The translations under genes and the position numbers were made by a program. Below the pieces are notes generated by a model. The model was not told the DNA's origin. It did not search any database and saw nothing but the letters and a program-made list of their open reading frames with translations. DNA of 63,999 nt, counting the filler, from Trypethelium eluteriae (Eukaryota), in assembly GCA_051942245.1 (NCBI GenBank). It is 3 parts of 3 records of this genome, joined end to end, with 100 filler letters (N's around TTAATTAATTAA, not from the genome) between each part and the next. Parts side by side here need not be neighbours in the genome. Positions count along the whole stretch, not along the records: positions 1 to 21,997 come from JAVECL010000452.1; positions 22,098 to 44,073 come from JAVECL010000453.1; 1 more part is not named here. One strand, written 5' to 3'. The first letter of the stretch is position 1; each line of letters starts with the position of its first letter. Shown here in pieces: positions 11,722 through 22,243 of this stretch.

Positions 11722-13365
11722 TCAGTACTGAACCATACCATCAATGCCAACCGGTACCCCCCTCAGCTCATAGCCTTCCTTTGTCGCAATCTCCCACTCC
11801 TTCTTGATCTCGCGAAGTCTTTCGGTACCTCTCGGAAGGAACCTGGCAGCGAAGAGCTTAGGTATGGTGAACCCTGAGTCCAGGTATGCATCCTCACTCA
11901 AGTCCATCTTAGCCTCCATACCATCCACAAGCGGTGGCCGTATCTTGAAGGCCCATAGGATGCTAGCAAGCGCAAGATTGAGTGAGTTTTCGGCCAGCCG
12001 CGCACCGGGACACGTTCTCCTGCCCGTACTGAAGGTGAAGTGGTCACGCTTGTACGGGTCGCTCATGGCCGCGTACTCGGCGCTGTGTAGAGTATGGTCA
12101 AGGTAACGCTCAGGTACGAATTCAAAGGGGGTTTTGAAACGCTGGGGGTCAAAGTGCAAAAAAGCCGTGTTTGCAAGCAGCACCGTCCCCTTGGGTATTA
12201 CGTGACCCTTGTACACGACGTCTTCGTCCGCAAAGTGCCGGATCCCCGGAGCGAGGATAGGGTTCATGCGAAGCATCTCCTTAACACAAGCACGAGCATA
12301 AGGCAGATTTCGTATATCTGCAAAAGTGGGCAAGCGATGTGGTCCGACAACCCGCATGAGCTCTTCCTGAGCTTCGTCCTGGACTCGCGGGTTTGCCGCA
12401 AGGTGAAGCACAAGGCTATTCAGTGTTGCCGCCGTTGTTTCGAAACCTGCCTCGACAAGCCCACCGGAGACCCAGGCCAGATGCTCTTCTGTGAGTCCCC
12501 GAGCGTACCATAACTCCTTGTTTTCAAGAATCTCACGAGCATAGCAGTGAGGAGCCTTGCCTGCCGCAAGCTGCCTCTCCAGCCGCCGCCAGAACTCCAT
12601 CTTGATGTCCAATACTTGATTGGCAGCCTCCTTGGCCTCTTTCCGACCGGGCTGCAGCCACTTCGGTAGGCGGGCCAGGGGCGGCAATTCATCAACGATG
12701 AAGGCGCCGGGCCGCGATGTCGCTCTGAGGAGTGCCTGACTTCTCACCGCGTTCTGCGCGTCCGGGTGGTCCCAATTCTTTATGCGCGTGCCGAATGTGT
12801 TGGTCATGATAATGCTGAAAGCGTAACGGCGCATATGCTGATAGAAATTGCGCTGATTCTCTCCATCAGTGACTAGGTCGAAGAGCAACTGCTTCGCCTC
12901 GAACTCCTGGCTCGGGACAAACGTTGCCGTCATAGGCACTGTTGTGATCTGGCGCACCACCGACCGCAGAGCACGCCAATGCGGTCCGTATGGCATCGTG
13001 GGCATGCGATTTCCACCTGTGACTATATCGTGACCCATTGGCGACGGAGCCTTGGAGGATGTTTTGACGGCCTGCCTCTCTAAGATCTCCTTGATGGCTT
13101 CTGGGCTATTGATGACCACCCAGTCATACCAACCCACACGAATTTTGAAGACATCGCCATATTTCATGGCCCATTTGCGGAAGACAGCAGGCGCTTTAGG
13201 TGGGAGCTTAAAGTCAATGCCAATCAAGGGATATCCCTTTGGGCCCTGTATCGTATCAAGTCTGCGGTCACGCCGAACCCATGCTGTGACAACTGCCACG
13301 ATGCCAAGGGATATGGCAAGAGTGATGGCCCCATGGGTTTGGATGATAGCAAGTATGTCGTCCAT
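11722..13365 (-). CDS. Cytochrome P450 monooxygenase, intronless, 547 aa
   Basis: N-terminal membrane anchor, I-helix AGFETT, EMLR (ExxR), PERY and heme motif FSTGRRTCPG; ATG at 13365. Confidence 0.95.
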   Translation of the reverse strand: MDDILAIIQTHGAITLAISLGIVAVVTAWVRRDRRLDTIQGPKGYPLIGIDFKLPPKAPAVFRKWAMKYGDVFKIRVGWYDWVVINSPEAIKEILERQAVKTSSKAPSPMGHDIVTGGNRMPTMPYGPHWRALRSVVRQITTVPMTATFVPSQEFEAKQLLFDLVTDGENQRNFYQHMRRYAFSIIMTNTFGTRIKNWDHPDAQNAVRSQALLRATSRPGAFIVDELPPLARLPKWLQPGRKEAKEAANQVLDIKMEFWRRLERQLAAGKAPHCYAREILENKELWYARGLTEEHLAWVSGGLVEAGFETTAATLNSLVLHLAANPRVQDEAQEELMRVVGPHRLPTFADIRNLPYARACVKEMLRMNPILAPGIRHFADEDVVYKGHVIPKGTVLLANTAFLHFDPQRFKTPFEFVPERYLDHTLHSAEYAAMSDPYKRDHFTFSTGRRTCPGARLAENSLNLALASILWAFKIRPPLVDGMEAKMDLSEDAYLDSGFTIPKLFAARFLPRGTERLREIKKEWEIATKEGYELRGVPVGIDGMVQY

Positions 13366-14963
13366 TTTAGTGTCAAGCAAGATGACATGCGAAAATTCCG
13401 GTTATTGAATCAAACTAGAGCTACTTTCAGAGTATTTTTCAGTTCTAAGGCATCACTATGTCGGCTGTGGCTGGCTCGTCCAGTTCATCTTTAAAACAAC
13501 GAGACCGGGTGTGATCTCATCTCAGGCTCTGTTCGCATTCATTCATTCTGTATCCGCCGTGTTCTCCGACCGGAGTTAATACCGAGTTTGGATTTCAGGT
13601 GAAGCAGATGACAGTCAGGGGTCATGGCGGGAAACGGGGGCATCTCTCATAGCCAAACGGATATGACCTTTGATCCCCGAAGCCGTGCGTCCTGGTCCCG
13701 GGGTTCCGGATCTTATATGTCAACAGCTTGAACCCAAGCCGCAAAATCAGCCTTACGCTTCACACTACCTACAATATTATCATTGGCATAAGCCCCTGCG
13801 TCAGCATCTATTCTCTTCCGCTAGCCTATCATGGCATATGGTGAGGACCTTTTTATGCTTTGACCGTCTCTGACAGTCTTCTCATTGTTGTATCCGGCGA
13901 GGACCAGTGGGTCGTAATGATATGGTAGCATTGGTTCGATGAGATCCTTCGTTATAGCGGCTATGTCACTGTATGCAGTGATGATACGAGGACTAGGGTA
14001 GATGTGCAAATATAGTCGACGTCGAATAAGTTCGATTTCCAATCCTTTCCCTCAATGAGATTATAATTCCAAGCAATTTCCAGTTTCATCAGGTGAAGAC
14101 TGTCCTCATGCTTGCCTTTCTCCATTACGCTTACTCCAAGATTTATTTCCACAGTCCAGAGTCCCTCACCACATCATCTCTACAATTACAAACCTCTCGC
14201 CTTTCTACATTTGTCCTTCTATGGGTATTCCATCCTTCCCATGGTTGGACCACCCATGCAGACCGCGGTCTCTGTCCCTTCTTTTCTGTCGTGTGGATTA
14301 ATACGCGCAACTGGGCAGGATGGTGACCTTCTGTCTGAACCAGGAAATGGCGCTGACTATTTCGACTTGTGGAATTACCAACGAATTATTGTGTCCGTGC
14401 TGAGAATATCATGTACTCTGTCGAACTTCCTTGGCTTTGGTTTTGCATCCTTGACAGCGTTGAAAGGCACTCTCTTTTTCTTCACTGTAACAGCTAATTC
14501 CTACTGGGTCTTCCACTTCGTCATGGCTGCGCGAGTATCTCGTTATGCAAGGGAAATAGACTTGTGGCTTTAAGTTGACGTACCGAAGTAGAGCCAGCTA
14601 CGTTCGGTGATTCAGTGCTCAAGACGCATTAAAACTGTAGGTACGTTTCTGCCTCACGCTAGGCTTCGGCTTCTCAACATGACATAAGTACCGTACCCAT
14701 CTGTCCCTAAAGGTACCTTAGATACTTGACGATGGACACGGATCCACGGCTTTGGATATACTAGAAACAATTTCAGGCTCCACACGAGACATGAACTCAA
14801 ACTTCAGGAAAATTCGCTTCCTCCTGGTCAATATTGCAGACCGCGTGCTACTCAGGTAACCCATTTTACCAAACCATATTGATGATGCAAAGAACGCTTG
14901 AACGCGGCAAAGGGAACCAACCGTCCCTCCAAAAGATCGGTCACTAGCCAAAGCTTGACGCTA

Positions 14964-16231
14964 TTACTCATTACCACCAACCAACGGCGCGCTCCCTCGA
15001 CTTTCTGCACTGCCCGATCTTGTATGGCGCTGCATCTCCACGTCCTCTTTCGAGTCCATCGAGTTTTCATCCCTTCTCGTATTCCTTCTATTCCTGCCCA
15101 ACGCACTGCTATCCCATCCCTCCTCTCCCACATATCTCTCTATCCCAATACCGACTCCAAAGGCTCGTGCCTTCGACCGCGGTCCCCATGCCCATCCGTT
15201 CGTCAAGTGATGCGAGAGCGGCATCTGGTAGTAGCGGAACGAAAGCATGGATGTCGTGATGCCGATGAGGGAGCCAAAAATGACGTCGAAGCCGTGGTGG
15301 TGAAAGTCCGCGTAACGAGAGCTAGTGATGTAGATTGCTGCGCCTATAGGCACGAAGGCAATGACAAGGAGGTAAGTAGGAGGGGCAGCGGAGGCTGTTT
15401 CCAAGGAAGGGGCGCGTTGAGACGGAAAGCTATCAGCATCTTGCCGATGAACGGGGAGTGAACCCTCCAAATGGTCTGGAGATGTCGAAGGAGAAGCGAG
15501 GCGAGATGCGAATGTCGGGATGCGGACACCAAATTTGGCGCAAAACCAGAGGGAAAGGTAAAGCAGCCCACTCCAGCTCGTACTCGAGTGACCCGAGGGA
15601 AAACTGCGGAAACTGTCTTTTAGTTGCGCGGTGTCGGTGGTTTGACAGATTGACGCGGAAACAAGTGTCCATCTCGCAGAGATATCCTGGCCAAATCCGC
15701 CCACGATGTGTGAGTCGATGTTGCTGAGGTCAGGTTGACAGACTGCAAGCATGTGCGGTCTTGCAACGCCGAAAAGGTTTTTCATGCCTTGAGTGATGAA
15801 GTATGCAGAGGCGAGCGAGAGGCCTAGACCCATCCAGCCGACGTTCCATTCCCAGAGTTTGCGGCGCCAGAGTTGGCCACGCGTGAGAGACTTAATCGCA
15901 GATGGACCCGGAATAAGGAGAATGCTCAAAAGGAAGATTAGGAGACCGGGAGCAACGACAGCCACAAGGACGAGGGTTTTGACAGAGACGGTAGAGGGTG
16001 CAAAAGGGAAGGCGATGTCTAAGTTGAGGAGAGAAAATGGACGCTTGTATGGTTCAATAAAGTTGAGGGCTCCTCCGACACCTGCTGTTGCACTGGGGTT
16101 GCTGTCAGTGTTATGATCAAACTGATAAGAGAGAGGATGAAGGCGGTGTATACCTACAGTATGACAATCCAATCCAAAAGATACGAGAATATTAAACGCG
16201 ACGACGGACGTCCGAGTTGAAGGAAAGGCAT
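14964..16231 (-). CDS. PAP2-superfamily lipid phosphate phosphatase (DPP1/LPP1-like)
   Basis: Motifs KNLFGVARP, SFPSGH and SRYADFHHHGFD plus transmembrane segments. ATG at 16231; intron 16093-16157 (GTAGGT..CTGAC..CAG) restores the frame. Confidence 0.9.
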
Positions 16232-16957
16232 TTTGATGAGATCCTAGTAGAAGGAGAGAAGGTAAAGTGGAGAATGAAGAGTATTATTTGACAAAGGCGA
16301 AATTATGGTGCTATCTCCATAAAACCTTACTTTTGTGTCCCGTCCTTGCGGCTACATCCGGACTTCTTTGTTTCTGGGAGGGAGAGGTGGATAGGGATCC
16401 TAAGGCTTGGACGGCTGGGCGCCGAGGAAGGCCCAAGCCTCACCAACCAAGAGACCTATCAAGACAAGAGCTTTTGAGAAACGATGCATCTAGACGCTTA
16501 GCTAGCTCCGCGTCGTCCTCAAGAATTTCATGAATGCGTGTCAGAGTACGTGGCTTATTGGATGACTTGAGGTGTTTTCGAAGACCAAGGGCGACTGCGC
16601 CGCAAAACATTCTCGGCCCGCGTCATCCCCGCCACGCGCGCACGAAAGCTTGTCTCGAGCGGCAACCAACCACAGGCGAGTCTGGTTGAAACCAGAGTAA
16701 AACCCGCTTGAAACGAGGACGCTCGGATCGGTTTGTTTCCACGCGCCGCCTTTTCTGAACCATTAATCCGTTCTTTATATAATTCTCATGTACCTAACTA
16801 TCTGAGCCTTATTCATTGATTGGAAGTGTTGCCGTCCGTTTCTGCCTACTGTGAGCCAAGCGAATAAGCCACTTGTCTCTGCTCACAACAAGCCTTGCTA
16901 AGCAGCCATTCGTCCTTGCTGACTGTGCCCTGCCAATTACCACTTCTTGCTGAGCGC

Positions 16958-17926
16958 TTAGTCCTCAATGCATCCCTCACCGAAAAACACTTTGACTGGC
17001 AACCATCCATCCTTGCACACTTTGAAGCGATCTGGCAGGTTACCAAGCTGACTCATCTCTTCTTTGCTAAGTTCCCAGCCGTTGAGCTCGAAGTTCTTTT
17101 CTATCCTTGACGCTGTGACCGATTTGGGAATGACACTGGTGCCGCGCTGAAGCCCCCACATGAGCCTGGTGGCTGAGGTCAGCTCTCTATTGCATAGCGG
17201 AAAGAAGGACAAGACTTACATGCACTGCTGCGGTGTCTTGCCCTTGACTTCGGCAAGCTTGAGTAGTGTTGCGTCCTTATAGAGAGGTGAGTCGGTAGAT
17301 CCCAAGCAAGAGTAGGCCGTGCAGTGGATACCCTTCGACTTGTTGTACTCCAGCAGCTTTGGCGACGGACAATTTGGGTGGAGCTCGATCTGGTTGACAG
17401 CAGGTACGATCTTGCGGCTCGGATCATTAAGCAGTTTCTCGAGGTTCGGGATGGCGAAATTCGAGACTCCAATATTCTTGACGCGACCGGAGGCAGGGAG
17501 CTTCTGCATCTCCTGCCATGTTTTGAGGAAGTCCCAGTCGGGGAGGTGCTTTTTCTTGTCATTAGGATCGGTGGAAGATGGCCAGTGCATGAGGTACAGA
17601 TCGACGTAGTCCGTCTGCAAGCTCTTCAAGGAGCTCGTGATACCATCCTCAACCACGTGATGCCACGTATTGTCGAGCTTGGTAGTGATCCAAATCTGGT
17701 CCCGGGGTACGCCAGAATCCTTAATGCCTAAGCCAACTTCGTGCTCATTGCCATACGCAAGCGCAGTGTCGATGTGACGGTAGCCAGCCTTGAGAGCGGC
17801 CTTGACAGCCTCACGGACTTCGTTGGGCTTCGATTGCCACGTACCCAAGCCAACAGCAGGCATTTTGGCACCAGTGTTCAATGTGAAGGTCCATTTCGTA
17901 TGGTCAAGACCTCGTAGATCAGACAT
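16958..17926 (-). CDS. GCY1: Aldo-keto reductase (NADP-dependent glycerol dehydrogenase, GCY1/YPR1-like)
   Basis: GLGTW, HIDTALAYGNE, WITTKL, LMHWP, IGVSNF and VIPKS motifs; intron 17166-17219. Confidence 0.88.
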
Positions 17927-18397
17927 GATGGAGATCTGGAGAAGTTTTCTTGGAGATACTTTGAGGTTGAATTATTCAAGCAGATAAAGTAAATAAAAAT
18001 GAGATTGCGGAAGAGAAGTGGAGCAATCACTGTCCAAATTTGTACGGAAATTGTCACTTTCCTGTGATCAAGAGGAAGGCACACACTGGCATTTCCATCA
18101 TAGAAACATTGTGACGTGGGGCCACTAGGTCTCTGGTCTCATGCAAATTTTCTGCAGTAACACCATTCCCTTGTGGCCTTGGCCTATCCGAGATCGACAT
18201 GGCCGTCGCAATTTCTGCAGTAGTTATCTCAACGGTTGTGCAGTACGGTGCACAAAATCGATCTGCATTAACCGTTGTTGAGGCCATCGTGACATGGCGT
18301 CCGGCTTACCTACCGTTTCGGGAAAGAAATTAAGCGACTGCGGTTTGATCTTTGTTTATGACATTTTGCACCAACATCTTGACTGGATGCACTTAAG

Positions 18398-19501
18398 ATG
18401 TCGAATCACACATCACTTCCATTTATCCTCCGATTACCGCGCACTCTGCGACCGCTGATTTATCTTCGCTACCAAACCCGCCTTCTCACCTATTCCTCTC
18501 GCCTCCTAAAACCTGACCAACCACCCAAACCACCTCCCCCAAACCCCCAAGCCCTCGAATATCGCACTTCGGACCGTAATGAAAAGTCCGAAACTCTCGA
18601 AGATGTCCTCAATCCCAAGTCCGATGACCACAACCCCCACCTCCTGGGCCGCCCAATCGGCATGCCTTTCCCCCCGTCCCCCGGCGAAAACTCCGGGAAG
18701 GACACGCGCCCCATGCGCGAGCGCTTCGCTACGACTTTCAACAAAGAGCACAACCAGCAGCGCCGGCGCGAGCTGCGACATGCCTTCCAAAAACCTTATT
18801 TCCGAGACTGGAGCAACATGAAGTGGCATGAGGGGAAGACGTTCCACGCGAACCCGCGCTTATTTCGGAGAGATCGCGGTCTGTGGTTTCCGAATTTTGT
18901 AGGGGAGACGCTGGTTCCAGGAAGTTCGAGGGAAGAGAGTACGACGGAGGTGTTGAGGGGGAAGGTGAGTGTGGTGTGTGTGTATAGCAGTGAGTGGGCG
19001 TACCAGCAGGTGGATAGCTTCGTGGGGAAAAAGCAGAATCCGGAAGTAAGAGAAGTGTTGGAGATGAGTGGAAATGTAGCACAACGGGTAGATGTTAATG
19101 TGGAAGAGAGCTTGGCAAAGTATTGGATTTTGAGGCCATTTTTCGCCAGACTACGGAAAGGAAGGAGGAAGGAGGATTATGGGAGATACTTTGTGGTGAG
19201 GAAGGGCATTACGGATCAGATAAGAGAGTCGATTGGGTTACTAAATAGTAAGGTTGGGTATGTATACTTGGTAGATGTGGATTGTAAGATAAGATGGGCG
19301 GGGAGTGGACCAAGCTGGCCAGAAGAAAGGGAAACAATAGTTAAGGGACTGCAGAAAATGATACTGGAAGCAAGGCAAGACATGACAGGTGATACTGGCA
19401 AAGGGGCGGGACCGACTGAAGTCAATATCAACCCTTCCAACGGGGCCAGATTTTTCCAAGAAATCGAGCCGAAAAATCAAGTTGCCGCAGTCCCTTCTTG
19501 A
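18398..19501 (+). CDS. ATP10: Mitochondrial ATP synthase assembly factor ATP10
   Basis: Arg/Leu-rich mitochondrial presequence; PYFRDW...GKTF.ANPRLF...FPN and GLLNSKVGYVYLVD..CKIRWAGSG motifs. Confidence 0.92.
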   Translation: MSNHTSLPFILRLPRTLRPLIYLRYQTRLLTYSSRLLKPDQPPKPPPPNPQALEYRTSDRNEKSETLEDVLNPKSDDHNPHLLGRPIGMPFPPSPGENSGKDTRPMRERFATTFNKEHNQQRRRELRHAFQKPYFRDWSNMKWHEGKTFHANPRLFRRDRGLWFPNFVGETLVPGSSREESTTEVLRGKVSVVCVYSSEWAYQQVDSFVGKKQNPEVREVLEMSGNVAQRVDVNVEESLAKYWILRPFFARLRKGRRKEDYGRYFVVRKGITDQIRESIGLLNSKVGYVYLVDVDCKIRWAGSGPSWPEERETIVKGLQKMILEARQDMTGDTGKGAGPTEVNINPSNGARFFQEIEPKNQVAAVPS

Positions 19502-19657
19502 CGAAGTCCTTCATAATTCATATAGCTGGTATCTATAATACATCTCCAAGCTACTCTTCGGCGCCAGACTCCACGACCTCAATCCCGTCTTCACCCAGAA
19601 AATTACACGGTGCTGAATGGTAAACAATGCAACCAGAGTCTGTCCGTCTTATACATC

Positions 19658-20481
19658 CTACCGAAAGAACAACAGGGCGAGAAAACATATCGCAATAAAA
19701 GCGCCCAAAATTATTCCATCCCTTCTCTTCTTCGCTCCGATTCTCCCTATCAATCCGTTGATACCCGGGACTTGCCCAGCCGCATTCACAATCCGCCGCT
19801 GCACACTACTCAGCGTCTCGCGATCCATCCTAAAATTCTCCTGTACCGCATATGCCTGACTCAAGACCTGATCCGCGACACTATGGCTCCCCTCTATCCT
19901 CCGTCTCTCATCAAGCATGTAGTCCGCCTCCGCAGCTTCTGGATCCGTGTTCGGTCCTGGAGAACGCTGACGGTTGCGGTAGCTGTCGATGTCGGAGCGG
20001 ACTGATGAGAGAAGGTTGGCCCGACTACGAGACTCAGTGATTTGGGATTTTAGGCGATTGAGTTCACGGCAGTGATCTTGCAGGATCTCGCGATGGCGGC
20101 TGAGATTGTTTTGTTTGAGGGCGGAAGCGGTGAGAGCGCTTTCGGAGTCGAGGAGACGGGTGAGTTGGGCAATAAGGGATTCGCGCTGCACCGAGATAGC
20201 AGGTCAGTCTTTGTTTTTCGTGGTTTGAGGTTAGCCAAGCCTTACTTTCTCGAGAATATCGTTCAGTTGAGCTTCTGTTCGCTCCTCTTCTTCTGTGGGC
20301 TTAGCGGGGATGTTTGTCACGGAGGCGTATTGCGAGTAGGTGTGGAATAAGGACTCTGTCTGCGTAGGCCAGTAATTAGCTTATAAAATCTCTAAAGACC
20401 TAGAAAGCTTTCTCTTACTTGAGTTTCAAGAGATCTCGCCTGCTGCCGCAACTGCGCCCATCCTCCTCCCGACGAAGCCAT
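19658..20481 (-). CDS. GOS1: Golgi SNARE GOS1
   Basis: MASSGGGWAQLRQQARSLETQ start; introns 20360-20418 and 20186-20245; SNARE coil ending in RRDGIILGAFIAICFLALLFFR transmembrane tail. Confidence 0.93.
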
Positions 20482-20714
20482 GACTTGATTGTTTGTTCTT
20501 GCCAAGCAGCCGTTGATGTCGCATTACTTGAGTCCGGTACCACTGTCATCATAACGCCGCTTGCCGCGCGGATGATCACCCAATGGCTGAATTTATGCGG
20601 CTAAATCTCGGCATCGGGAGGTAAGAGCTGTCCGCACACCATCCAAAATTACATCGCGGAACTATTCAGCGAATTTCACATCATTGACGACGCCGCCAAT
20701 CTACTTTATTCACG

Positions 20715-21278
20715 ATGGTACAAGAAAGGCCTTTACCAAAATCTAGCTATAATACTAATTCAAAGAATTCAGGCGCCGTCAGAAAACCGTGTCAAAGCTG
20801 CCCAGCTCTGGGGCAAGAACAAGGAGGAACTGAAATCTGAACTCGAGCGTCTGAAGGGCAATCTGGTTACGCTGCGGACTCAAAAGATTGCCGGAGGTGC
20901 TTCTTCCAAACTCAACCAAATGTGTGTGCAGACTTCGAATATGTTCCACCCAGGGCCAGTGAAAGGACTAACAAACCAATTCTGATAGCCACGATGTCCG
21001 CAAATCCATCGCTCGGGTTCTGACTGTCATCAACGCAAACCAACGCCACCAGCTGCGTCTTTACTACAAGAACAAAAAATACCTCCCTCTTGACCTGCGA
21101 CCGAAGCAAACACGAGCAATGCGGCGGCGGTTGACCAAGGAGGAGGCGAGCAAGATAACCGAGAAGCAGCGAAAGAGGCAGATACACTTCCCGCAAAGGA
21201 ATTACGCTGTAAAGGTATGAAAAGCTGGTCAGCTATTTCAGTCAGCGATCGAGGCTAATACCCATGATTCAGGCGTGA
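20715..21278 (+). CDS. RPL35: 60S ribosomal protein L35 (uL29); absent from the ORF track because of 3 introns
   Basis: Exons 20715-20717, 20773-20921, 20989-21214 and 21273-21278 give [21 protein letters not shown]...[11 protein letters not shown]...[21 protein letters not shown]...[10 protein letters not shown]. Confidence 0.95.
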
Positions 21279-21785
21279 GGGGGAATGACAGTGAGAATGA
21301 AAGGATTCGGGAGGGGAATGGGCGCTCAGGAATTCATGCATTTGTGCCATTGGCCGCATCAATGTAATCAAGCAAGTTCGCTAGCTAGAGCAAGGTATTG
21401 AGGACATTTGCTCGAACTGTCTCGGCGCCTCTACATGATAACTGCTTCATATACCCGTCAAGAAAGAACTCTTGAGAGTAGTACAATGCTCCATGTTACG
21501 CCTCCCGTGTGGGATCTGCCACGTTGTAACCCGTTAAATCATCATATCCCCTTTTCATAATGCTTCTTATGCCCATGATATCGTAAACCGCTTTCGTTGC
21601 AGCCAGGAGGCTCCGAAACGCCTGCACATTAATTAAGACTTACCACTTCGCCCCACACATGCTCAGCACTGCTCAGAAGAAAGCGATCTCAGCAAATCTC
21701 AGCAAGTCTCAGCAATTCCATCCTTAGCTCCACACCGTATTCTTTTCATATCCGAAGCACCGCATAAATTGAATCGATACGAACC

Positions 21786-21997
21786 TCAACCTCCCAGCAG
21801 CAACCTCGCCACCCACTTCCCCTCCCAACACCTCGGATCACCTTCTTTCCACTCCGCCTCAGCCCTCGACCTCAACCACTCGGCGCTCACACCACCACCA
21901 CACGGTCCAGCACTCCCATCTCCCACCAACCCCTCTCCCAAATTCTCCAACCACTCCTTCACCAAACCCTCCGACCCCGCCATCCCTCCCGCACTCC
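21786..21997 (-). CDS. Probable 3' end of an unidentified gene truncated by the contig edge
   Basis: Open frame running in from the N spacer and ending ...RCWEGKWVARLLLGG*; no family recognised. Confidence 0.35.
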
Positions 21998-22097
21998 NNN
22001 NNNNNNNNNNNNNNNNNNNNNNNNNNNNNNNNNNNNNNNNNTTAATTAATTAANNNNNNNNNNNNNNNNNNNNNNNNNNNNNNNNNNNNNNNNNNNN
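21998..22097. other. Artificial contig spacer (N44-TTAATTAATTAA-N44)
   Basis: Exactly 100 bp with a central linker that has stops in all six frames; identical to 44074-44173. Confidence 0.98.
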
Positions 22098-22243
22098 AAT
22101 CCGGGATCTGCCACAACGGCGGCTCGTCCCGCACCTGGACGAGAAATCGTGGAAGCTTAAAATTAATTTTTAGTCATCTGGTCGCCTTTCTCGGAGCGTC
22201 GCAACGTTCTCGTATTTCCTTTAATGTATTCGACGACAGTCAG

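Noticed and set aside
13670..14573. Short ORFs on both strands between the P450 and PAP2 genes
   Set aside because: No recognisable motif or consistent exon model; may be a decayed gene but cannot be supported.
14964..17926. PAP2 phosphatase and aldo-keto reductase as members of the PKS cluster
   Set aside because: Both look like conserved housekeeping genes continuous with ATP10/GOS1/RPL35. A reductase acting on the PKS aldehyde is conceivable, but nothing in the sequence supports it.
22042..22053. TTAATTAATTAA palindrome as a biological site (also 44118-44129)
   Set aside because: Centre of an artificial N spacer.
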